Shown: in pieces, positions 9,164 through 16,183 of the stretch
How positions within the stretch are numbered: the first letter of the stretch is position 1
Layout: the number at the start of each line of letters is the position of its first letter
Assembly (NCBI GenBank): GCA_963663405.2
Contig: CAXXSM010000066.1
Coordinates: 1-16,183 of the forward strand
DNA from: a bacterium
Lineage (GTDB): Bacteria > Hinthialibacterota > Hinthialibacteria > Hinthialibacterales > Hinthialibacteraceae
Length of the DNA: 16,183 bases
Direction: 5' to 3'
Notes under the pieces: generated by a model
Seen by the model: only the letters and a program-made list of their open reading frames with translations
Told to the model about the DNA's origin: nothing
The model's database searches: none
Program-made: the position numbers and the translations under genes

Positions 9164-9196
9164 TTTATAACATAAACTATAAGCTGTCAAATGACA
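9164..9196 (-). promoter_or_regulatory. Candidate sigma70-type promoter for hpf-pta, with a palindrome overlapping its -35
   Basis: Minus strand TTGACA (9190-9185), 15-nt spacer, TGnTATAAA extended -10-like (9172-9164). TGTCA-AA-TGACA inverted repeat at 9185-9196. The spacer is short of optimal. Confidence 0.35.
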
Positions 9197-9397
9197 TCCT
9201 ATTCTCCATGATATCGATGTTGATTGAGACGCCCTATACAATATATATATCCCATCGGGAATCCTATTCTCACCTTAATATAGTATTCCTGAAACGAACG
9301 ATTAATGAAGGAGAAGGTATCTTTCTTAGGATGGAAAAAGTCATTTTTTGGAAGAGTATGGTCCGTAAGAACGTAGTAGTTGATTGGTTTTGGTCTT

Positions 9398-12300
9398 TTA
9401 TTCGCTGTTTTTGGGACCTATGGCGGGTTTTGTATCAATATTGAAGAAAATTTTGATATCGTCCAAAACACTGAAGACGCAGGGAAGCACGAGGAGTGTT
9501 AAGAAGGTCGCGAAACCCAATCCCCATGAAATCGCGATGGCCATCGGTTTTAAGAATTCTGAAGAGCCACTCGCCCAGATCATTAAAGGCAGGAGACCTC
9601 CAATAGTTGTGACTGAAGTAAGGATAATCGGCCGGATACGCAGCACGCCTGATTCGTAGACGCTTCGCCACCGTCCAACTCCCCGCATTCGGGCGTTGTT
9701 GATGAAATCCACTAATACAATCGCATCGTTCACAACGATACCATTGAGTGAGATAATCCCGATCAACGCCATGATTCCGATCGGCTCTCCCATGCAATAC
9801 AGCCCAACGACTACGCCGATAAACGAGAAGGGAATCGTCGTTAAAACGACAAGTGGCTGCGCGTAGGAACGGAACACGGAAGCCATGATGAAATAGATCA
9901 ATAAGAATGACAGCGCGAAAGCCCGCATGAGTGAACTGAGCGACCGCTGAGTTTCCTCATTTTCACCTCCGAAGGTGAGGGTGTATCCTGAGTATCCCTT
10001 TATGGGAACGCCGGTTCGAATCTCGCCTAATAGGAGATCGGCCATCTGTGTCCAAAGTGGTTTCCCATGCGCATCCGGAACAGTAAACCGTTTCTGCAGC
10101 AATTGGTTTACTTCCAGCGAGGTGATTGTATCGGTCTCGACATCGGCGAAGACAGTGACGCAGCGGCGGTTATCGTAGCGGGTGACCTGCGCGGCTCCGT
10201 GTCCTGGTTCGATTTGGGCGGTGTTGCTGAAGGGAATCCATTTCCCGCTGGCGTTGAGGAATCGTAAATTGGAGAGATCTTCAATGCGTTCGCGTTTTCG
10301 TTCGTTGACCCGGACCACGATATCGACCTCTTCATCGTTGTCGAAGAGGCGGCCCGCTTCGCCGCCTTCGAACGTATAGCGGATCGTGGCGGCGATGTCT
10401 TCCGGCGTTAATTGCATCTGAGCGGCGCGGACGCGGTCGATTTTGACGCGCAATTCTGTTTTGCTTTCTTGGTAATCATCTTTGATATCGACTACGCCGT
10501 TGATTGTATGCAGATAATCCTGTATTTCATGGCTGATCTGGCGCAGAGTATTGAAATCCTCTCCCCGGATACGCACCGAGACCGCTTTGCCCTGCGGCGG
10601 TCCAGTGGCTTCTTTTTCGATTTCGATGGATTTGATTTCGGGTAAAAAAGGAATCCGGCGGCGGAAGTCTTCGAGGATTTTGATCCCCAGCCGGTTGCGG
10701 AATTTCGTTTCGGATAGATCGATCCAGAGTTGGCTGTAATGGCTGCCGATTCGCAGCTGTCCCCATTCATCGACTTGGTAGCCGACGAATGTCACGAAGG
10801 CTTCGATCTCATTTTTCGGCAATTGGAGCGCGACGGCTTCCAGATGTTTCATGATTTCTTCTGTGCGTTCCAACCGGGCGCCTACGGGTAATTCGACATT
10901 GACGCGGAAATATTTCATGTCATCGTTTTGCACGAGGATGAAATCCATGACGGCCATCGCAAACCAAGCGCAGAACGCCGCGATCGCGAATACACAAAAA
11001 ATCGCAAGATACCGGCGCCGCAGACAAACCCGCAGGCATGTGCGGTAGAAATTCAGAATTCCCTTATACCAATATGAATTGCGTTTTCGACGCGAACTAT
11101 CGCCGGGGGATTGCGTGGGTAATCGTTTCGCCGACCATTCGGCGATATGCGACGGCAGGATCACGAACGCTTCAAAAAGAGAACAGAGGAGGCAGATTGA
11201 TACTACAACGGGGATGACACTCAGAAATTTACCCAAAATTCCTTCCATTAAAAGCAGAGGGAGAAACGCGGAGACCGAAGTAAGCACGGCGGCTACAACC
11301 GGGAGGCCCACTTCCTGCGCGCCTACGATTGCGGCGCGAGCGCGGGAGTAGCCTTTTTCAAGATATCGATAGCAATTTTCCGCAATGATGATCGCGTCAT
11401 CGACGATCATGCCCAAAACGATAATCATACCGAACATGCTGAGCATATTCAGCGACAGGCCCCAGACCTGCATGATGAGGATCGCGCCAAGAAATGAGAA
11501 GGGAATCCCCAGGCCCACCATTAGAGCTGTGCGGAAATCGAGGAACAGGCAGAGCAGCCCAAGGACCAAGCCTAATCCCAATATTCCATTGAATTGCATC
11601 ACGCGCAGACGCTCGCGGATGGCGAAGGAAAAATCGAGATAGGGCGTGATGGTGATTTTTTCAGGGATTTGCTGGGTAAATTGTTCGATGGTTTCGTCAA
11701 TGGCGCGTTTGATGCGGAGCGTATCGCCGGTGGGTTGTTTGCGCAGCATTAATACGACGCTTTTTTCGCCGTTCACACGGGCGAAGGTTTTCCGTTCTTC
11801 GAACGTGTCTACCACTTTCGCGATGTCTTGTACTGTCACTTTCCCGCCCCGGTTGTTTGTACGGACGATCGCTTTTTGGATATCCTCCAGGTTGGTGAAG
11901 TCTTCCTGCGTCCGAACGAGAAACTCCTGGCGGTTGCTTTTAAGTGTTCCGGCGGGGAGATCGCGATTATTGGCGAGCAGCGCGCGCGCCAGCATGGGAA
12001 GCGAGATTTGATAGGCGTAGAGCCGGTCTGGATCGGCGAGAACGTGAACCTCCCGTTCCCGGACGCCCAGGAGGAAAATGTTCGCGACGCCGGGGATTTC
12101 GAGGATCTGATCTTTTAAATCTTCGGCGATTTCTTTGAGGCGTTTTTCTTCTATATCTTCACGCAGTCCTAGGTTTATGATCGGCCAGTCAAAATTCATT
12201 TCCCGCACTTCAGGATCTTCGGCGTCTTCGGGGAAGGAGTCGATCGCGTCGATTTGCGCTTGCACATCCCGGATGACGGCGTTGATATCGGCGTCGACCT

Positions 12301-12586
12301 CCAGTTCCAGTTTGATGATGCTTCGGCCTTCAACCGAGACGGAACTCATGCTTTTAATTCCCGTCACAACGGCGATTTCATCTTCAATAATCGCGGTGAT
12401 TTGTTTTTCGATATCTTCCGCTGACGCTTCGGGATAGACCGTCGCGACGAGAACGCGGTCTTGCGGAATAATGGGGAACAATTCACGGACGATTAAGAAA
12501 TAGGTTGGAACGCCGGCGGTCACCAATACAATCACCAGCATGTTGACAATAACGGGATTCCGAATGGAGAATTGCGGAATGTTCAT
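9398..12586 (-). CDS. RND efflux transporter permease subunit (AcrB/AcrD/AcrF family)
   Basis: 1062 aa. FSIRNPVIVN, YPEASAEDIEKQIT, TM4 GMIVDDAIIIAEN, SLFEAFVILPSH, GIVVNDAIVLVDF, RIRPIILTSVTTIGGLLPL, PMAIAISWGLGFAT. Confidence 0.96.
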   Translation of the reverse strand: MNIPQFSIRNPVIVNMLVIVLVTAGVPTYFLIVRELFPIIPQDRVLVATVYPEASAEDIEKQITAIIEDEIAVVTGIKSMSSVSVEGRSIIKLELEVDADINAVIRDVQAQIDAIDSFPEDAEDPEVREMNFDWPIINLGLREDIEEKRLKEIAEDLKDQILEIPGVANIFLLGVREREVHVLADPDRLYAYQISLPMLARALLANNRDLPAGTLKSNRQEFLVRTQEDFTNLEDIQKAIVRTNNRGGKVTVQDIAKVVDTFEERKTFARVNGEKSVVLMLRKQPTGDTLRIKRAIDETIEQFTQQIPEKITITPYLDFSFAIRERLRVMQFNGILGLGLVLGLLCLFLDFRTALMVGLGIPFSFLGAILIMQVWGLSLNMLSMFGMIIVLGMIVDDAIIIAENCYRYLEKGYSRARAAIVGAQEVGLPVVAAVLTSVSAFLPLLLMEGILGKFLSVIPVVVSICLLCSLFEAFVILPSHIAEWSAKRLPTQSPGDSSRRKRNSYWYKGILNFYRTCLRVCLRRRYLAIFCVFAIAAFCAWFAMAVMDFILVQNDDMKYFRVNVELPVGARLERTEEIMKHLEAVALQLPKNEIEAFVTFVGYQVDEWGQLRIGSHYSQLWIDLSETKFRNRLGIKILEDFRRRIPFLPEIKSIEIEKEATGPPQGKAVSVRIRGEDFNTLRQISHEIQDYLHTINGVVDIKDDYQESKTELRVKIDRVRAAQMQLTPEDIAATIRYTFEGGEAGRLFDNDEEVDIVVRVNERKRERIEDLSNLRFLNASGKWIPFSNTAQIEPGHGAAQVTRYDNRRCVTVFADVETDTITSLEVNQLLQKRFTVPDAHGKPLWTQMADLLLGEIRTGVPIKGYSGYTLTFGGENEETQRSLSSLMRAFALSFLLIYFIMASVFRSYAQPLVVLTTIPFSFIGVVVGLYCMGEPIGIMALIGIISLNGIVVNDAIVLVDFINNARMRGVGRWRSVYESGVLRIRPIILTSVTTIGGLLPLMIWASGSSEFLKPMAIAISWGLGFATFLTLLVLPCVFSVLDDIKIFFNIDTKPAIGPKNSE

Positions 12587-12616
12587 TTGTATGTAAAAGA
12601 GAAAAGGTTAGTTTTT

Positions 12617-13402
12617 TTACGTTCCCATCAGGGTTTTAATCTGCTTTTCGATATCCTCATCTCCCATGATCGATGTGCCGACCTGGATCGCGTCGACTCC
12701 GGCTTCTTCCAGCCGCAGCGTTTCCTGACGTGTGAATATACCACTCTGGCTTATGAGAACGCGGTTATTAGGAACCCGGTTTCGATGAATGAGGGTCGTA
12801 TTGATGTCGACCTTCATTGTGGTGAAATCGCGGTTGTTGATCCCGATGGTTCGTGCTCCCGTGGAAACGAGGAAATCGATCTGTTCACCGGTGTGCCCTT
12901 CGGCGAGGACATGCAATCCGAGTTCATACGCCTTTTCCAGCAGTTGTTTGAACGTGTCTCGATCCAGGACTTGCGCCATGAGAAGGATGGCGTCGGCTCC
13001 GATGGCGCGGCTTTCGTATAATTGATACTCGTCGATGGTGAAATCTTTCCGGAGAATGGGCAGGGTGACAGCTTTCCACGCGGCTTGAAGATGCGCGTCC
13101 GATCCGGCGAAATATTTCTCATCGGTCAACACAGAGATCGCCGCGGCGCCGGAGGTTTCGTATAGCGCGGCGATTTGAGCGGGATCGAAGTCTTCACGGA
13201 TGGTTCCTTTGGATGGTGAGGCGGCTTTGATCTCCGCCAGGAGTTTTACACCGTTGTTTTCGCGGCGCAGGGCGCTATGAAAGTCCCGTGTGAGGGGCGC
13301 CTCCTGGGCAAGTTCTTGGAGGCGTTCGATCGGCCGTTCTTTTTTTCTTTGTTCGACTTCGGTTTTTTTATGAGCGATGATCTCTTCGAGTATTGTTGGC
13401 AT
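12617..13402 (-). CDS. trpC: Indole-3-glycerol-phosphate synthase (divergent active site)
   Basis: ILEEIIAHKKTEV, AEIKAASPSKG, SVLTDEKYFAGS, PILRKDF, GADAILL, IGINNRD. Confidence 0.92.
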   Translation of the reverse strand: MPTILEEIIAHKKTEVEQRKKERPIERLQELAQEAPLTRDFHSALRRENNGVKLLAEIKAASPSKGTIREDFDPAQIAALYETSGAAAISVLTDEKYFAGSDAHLQAAWKAVTLPILRKDFTIDEYQLYESRAIGADAILLMAQVLDRDTFKQLLEKAYELGLHVLAEGHTGEQIDFLVSTGARTIGINNRDFTTMKVDINTTLIHRNRVPNNRVLISQSGIFTRQETLRLEEAGVDAIQVGTSIMGDEDIEKQIKTLMGT

Positions 13403-13425
13403 CGTGGTTCTGTTGTCCTATGCAA

Positions 13426-14454
13426 TTAAAGCGTAATCGTTTTTCTTTCCCGGAAGGATTGGAACGCCGCGCGGGCGATTTCGATCGCGTTAATCGCGAT
13501 ATCCGCGCCGCAGAGCGTTTCCTCTCTTCCTTGGAGAACGTTGATAAAGTGATCCGTTGTGGTGGATGGATAGAAAGTGACTTCGGGATTCATCTGTTGG
13601 TCTCGATAAATGTGAATAATCTCTTCTTTAGAAAGAGCGATGGAGCCGTCGCTGCCGTGAATGATTGTTTCAAAGGGAACGACGGGGATGGTGTCGCCTG
13701 AACAACAGACAGTTCCCAGCGCGCCGTTTTCGAAGGCGATGTTGAGCGCGGAACGGATCTCCAATCCGGATGGCAGCGTTCGCATCATCGCGGAAACCTC
13801 CACCGGTTTTGAATAGGCGAACCAGAGGACCGTATCGATCAGGTGTGTGCCGCCGTCATCGAGAAAGCCTTCGCCGCATTGTTCTTTTACACTGCGGAAA
13901 TTGGGGCGGTCTCCATCCGGCCAGAATTTATCCCGCGCGTTGTCATCCATTGGAAGTTCTCCCGCGAGAAGCCATTCCAACTGCGCGAAGCGGCGGCCCT
14001 CTAGAAAGCGGATTTCACCGATGCCGCCGTCTTCGATGATGCGGGCCGCTTCACGATACCGGGCGTCGGTCCGGCGGTTGTACGCGACAAGAAGAGGGAC
14101 GTTCTTCTCTTCCGCCAGCGCCGCTAATTCACGGGCCTGGGCGATTTCAATCGTTAGAGGCTTTTCAACGAGAACCGGGATGCCCCGGTTGAGGCATTCC
14201 TTGGTCTGTTCGTAGTGTACGTGATGCGGCGTGCAGATGATCACCGCATCCGGTTCTTCGCGATCGAGCATTTCGATGTAATCCGCGTACCCGGCGGGGA
14301 TATCGAATTCTTCCTGCGCCATCAACCGGCTCGATTCCGTCCGTTTGGCGATCGCGGCAAGATCCACATCCTCCCGCCGAAGCAGATGCGGTATATGATA
14401 CCGGCAGGCGAAAGATCCCGCCCCGATAATAACAACTCGAATGTCTTCGGTCAT
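13426..14454 (-). CDS. Gfo/Idh/MocA-family NAD(P)-dependent oxidoreductase
   Basis: VVIIGAG Rossmann start, DAVIICTPHHVH, VLVEKP, AYNRR, GxIGEI, DGGTHLID. Confidence 0.93.
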   Translation of the reverse strand: MTEDIRVVIIGAGSFACRYHIPHLLRREDVDLAAIAKRTESSRLMAQEEFDIPAGYADYIEMLDREEPDAVIICTPHHVHYEQTKECLNRGIPVLVEKPLTIEIAQARELAALAEEKNVPLLVAYNRRTDARYREAARIIEDGGIGEIRFLEGRRFAQLEWLLAGELPMDDNARDKFWPDGDRPNFRSVKEQCGEGFLDDGGTHLIDTVLWFAYSKPVEVSAMMRTLPSGLEIRSALNIAFENGALGTVCCSGDTIPVVPFETIIHGSDGSIALSKEEIIHIYRDQQMNPEVTFYPSTTTDHFINVLQGREETLCGADIAINAIEIARAAFQSFRERKTITL

Positions 14455-14572
14455 AGTTAAATCCTTGTGTCACAGTCAATAAGCCTACCGGCAATAGTAG
14501 CAGAAAAGTTGGATAGGGGAAGAAAGGATTGGGGGGTGCTTGGGATTGTCATATTGGGAGAATAATTTCTTG

Positions 14573-14602
14573 TTGACAAATTTGTATGGGGGTGGCTAAA
14601 TA
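14573..14602 (+). promoter_or_regulatory. Possible promoter for the antitoxin cluster
   Basis: Perfect TTGACA at 14573-14578, but only a poor -10 (CTAAAT/TAAATA) 17-18 nt downstream. Confidence 0.25.
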
Positions 14603-14667
14603 GTAGACGTTTTGAGTTAGATATTCAGCCATGTGTTCTGAAAAAAGCAGAATGGAAGTATGGAAAA

Positions 14668-14949
14668 ATGAAACATCTATATGAAAAATATGAAGACGCG
14701 CCTTTGTGGAATATAATAAGTAAAGCCATTGCTGATTTAGTGGAGAATCAAGATCTTGTCGAAACAACAAGACATGAGTATATAGTGGGGTATATTGTTC
14801 AAAAACTTTTAGATAATCACGAGAAAGTACCAGCGTTGTTGACTGAAAAATATCTGCATAAGAGAGTGAAGAAGGGAAATGAACAATCCTTTTTGGAGGT
14901 GATGGATAAGGTTCCTGATGTGGCGCCGGTAAAGGGGGATGAGTTGTAA
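14668..14949 (+). CDS. Probable chimeric small protein: hypothetical helical N-half fused to the C-half of a small RHH ('HicB-family'-annotated) antitoxin
   Basis: From ~14821, EKVPALLTEKYLHKRVKKGNEQSFLEVMDKVPDVAPVKGDEL matches my recollection of the EK.SAL.TE.YL..RA..G....F...L.KVPD.EP...D.L tail of PIN-associated RHH antitoxins. The N-half (HLYEKYEDAPLWNIISKAIADLVENQDL...EYIVGYI) is not RHH-like. Confidence 0.6.
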   Translation: MKHLYEKYEDAPLWNIISKAIADLVENQDLVETTRHEYIVGYIVQKLLDNHEKVPALLTEKYLHKRVKKGNEQSFLEVMDKVPDVAPVKGDEL

Positions 14950-14952
14950 GAT

Positions 14953-15198
14953 ATGAGAACAACACTATCGATAGATGATGATGTGATGGAGCGCGTAAGG
15001 GCTGTTTCGGCTAAACTACACGCGCCATTTAAAACAGTGATTAACGATGCTCTTCGTGCCGGCCTTGACCATGTAGAGCGGCCTGTGAAGTGCCAGCCTT
15101 ACAAAACGAAACCTCATGCGATGGGTTTGCGGTCTGAGTACACAATTGAAAATATCCAAGAATTACTGGCGCAGATTGAAGGTGAAGATTCTCGTTGA
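14953..15198 (+). CDS. vapB: VapB-type ribbon-helix-helix antitoxin
   Basis: MRTTLSIDDDV...FKTVINDALRAGL RHH signature; C-terminal ELLAQIEGEDSR; its stop overlaps a PIN-toxin start (TTGA). Confidence 0.85.
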   Translation: MRTTLSIDDDVMERVRAVSAKLHAPFKTVINDALRAGLDHVERPVKCQPYKTKPHAMGLRSEYTIENIQELLAQIEGEDSR

Positions 15199-15239
15199 TA
15201 CTCGTTGACGCTAACATTCTTCTGTATGCGGAAAAGTAA
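15195..15239 (+). pseudogene. vapC: Truncated VapC (PIN-domain toxin) remnant, 14 codons
   Basis: TTG ATA CTC GTT GAC GCT AAC ATT CTT CTG TAT GCG GAA AAG TAA = MILVDANILLYAEK*, the canonical PIN N-terminus. It is coupled to vapB by a 4-nt overlap. The next gene starts 38 nt later, so the rest is deleted. Confidence 0.85.
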
Positions 15240-15277
15240 TCAATATATATGCTGTTGTATAAAAAGGTTTTCATGTC

Positions 15278-15505
15278 ATGCAAAACACCATTGATATAAG
15301 CCGTCTTTCCATTGAAGAGAAACTAAGGGTGATGGAGGATATTTGGGAAGACCTATCAAGAGAAAATAAGGTTGAATCGCCAAAATGGCATAAGGAAGTT
15401 CTTCAAGAAACCGAGCAACGGCTTCATTCGGGTGAAGAGAAGATTGTGGATTGGGAAGACGCGAAAAAGGATCTTTGGAACTATTTCAATAAGAATGAAA
15501 TTTAG
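15278..15505 (+). CDS. Addiction-module antitoxin (TIGR02574 / Unstab_antitox-like)
   Basis: LSIEEKLRVMEDIWEDL...SPKWHKEVLQE...SGEEKIVDWEDAKK matches the family pattern LS..EKL...E.LW.SL, P.WH...L, W...K. Confidence 0.85.
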   Translation: MQNTIDISRLSIEEKLRVMEDIWEDLSRENKVESPKWHKEVLQETEQRLHSGEEKIVDWEDAKKDLWNYFNKNEI

Positions 15506-15572
15506 TTTCTTCCGGCTAGTGAGTACGTTTCTGATATACAATCCTTTCTTTTATTATGAAGGATTCTTCATT

Positions 15573-15649
15573 GTCTGAACCTTGATTTACTTGATTCTCA
15601 AGATTTTAAATCATGGTAATCTTATAATCTTTAGAATCATGGTTCAGAC
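15573..15649. repeat. 77-bp palindromic REP/MITE-like element with periodic GATT/AATC subrepeats
   Basis: GTCTGAACCTTGATT (15573-15587) and AATCATGGTTCAGAC (15635-15649) form a 14/15 inverted repeat. GATT at 15584, 15593, 15602; AATC at 15609, 15618, 15626, 15635. Confidence 0.75.
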
Positions 15650-15815
15650 GATTAAACCATCCTGCAAAAAGAGCGTAATTATCCAAAAGATTTTGTACTC
15701 AATTAACGAATGAACCTAAAATAACAAACGGATATAGTTGTTTTGTATGATTTCTCTCTCAGCGCTTGAAGTATTGTGAATTGATGAGTTATCTAAAGTC
15801 AAAATCTAGATTGAT

Positions 15816-16183
15816 ATGAAATCCAATCGTATTACCGGTTCCATCCTCGCTTTAGTGTTGGGGGACGCGTTTGGGGCTCCTTATGAAGGGGGGATTTTGG
15901 AAAGGGGGCTTTGGGCGGTTATTGGAAGGCGGGGTGGGAAGCGGCGTTGGACGGATGATACGCGGATGACGGTTGATGTGATTGAGTCGTTGATCGCTTG
16001 CGGGGGAGTGGATCAGGACGATCTTGCGCGGCGGTTTGCGCGGTCGTATCGATGGTCCCGTGGGTACGGTCCAGGCGCGGCGAAGGTTTTGAAACGGATC
16101 CGTCGGGGGAACCTTGGGAAAAAGCAGGTAGGTCGGTCTATCGGGAAGGCTCGTTCGGCAATGGTGGAGCGATGCGGGCTCCG
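15816..16183 (+). CDS. ADP-ribosylglycohydrolase (DraG/ARH family), 3'-partial, frameshifted at the G5 run 16105-16109
   Basis: Hand translation from ATG 15816: MKSNRITGSILALVLGDAFGAPYEG...WTDDTRMT...DLARRF...SRGYGPG. After adding one G it continues EPWEKAGRSVYREGSFGNGGAMRAP. GDAxG, TDDT and SxGNGxAMR are ARH signatures. Absent from the ORF track because there is no stop in the window. Confidence 0.92.
   Translation, partial: MKSNRITGSILALVLGDAFGAPYEGGILERGLWAVIGRRGGKRRWTDDTRMTVDVIESLIACGGVDQDDLARRFARSYRWSRGYGPGAAKVLKRIRRGNLGKKQVGRSIGKARSAMVERCGL

Noticed and set aside
9208-9444. 78-aa plus-strand ORF in the hpf-RND gap
   Set aside because: No motif, overlaps the RND 3' end, and lies in a probable regulatory region.
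15191-15208. CTCGTTGA direct repeat as a target-site duplication
   Set aside because: Both copies are explained by the vapB end and vapC start codons, and nothing is inserted between them.
14600-15815. Integron cassette array as an explanation for the small co-oriented ORFs
   Set aside because: No paired RYYYAAC/GTTRRRY attC sites seen between the ORFs, gaps as short as 3 nt, and no integrase in the window.
1-16183. CRISPR arrays, tRNA/rRNA genes, transposases, integrases
   Set aside because: None recognised by eye on either strand; a covariance-model scan was not possible.

Overview
Bacterial chromosomal window, probably from an uncultured, sulfatase-rich lineage (inference from gene content only). 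Left to right: two tandem sulfatases (+), a short MscS channel (-), a 506-aa helical protein I cannot assign (-), a ~750-bp AT-rich divergent spacer, a UbiD/MqnL-type decarboxylase followed by a COG4112-like NUDIX hydrolase (+), an hpf-pta pair (-), and a Gfo/Idh/MocA-trpC-RND permease run (-). The right end (~14.5-16.2 kb) is an accessory patch. It holds three antitoxin-like ORFs whose toxins are truncated or absent, a GATT/AATC-periodic palindromic element, and an ADP-ribosylglycohydrolase missed by the ORF track. Main leads: (1) the toxin-less antitoxin cluster next to the ADP-ribosylglycohydrolase, (2) the ubiD-NUDIX pair as a possible DMAP supply for prenyl-FMN, (3) a stand-alone TrpC with an E-to-Q change in the ESG active-site motif. 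Two homopolymer frameshifts (833-837, 16105-16109) suggest sequencing indels. All family calls are from motif recognition by eye; no searches were run.
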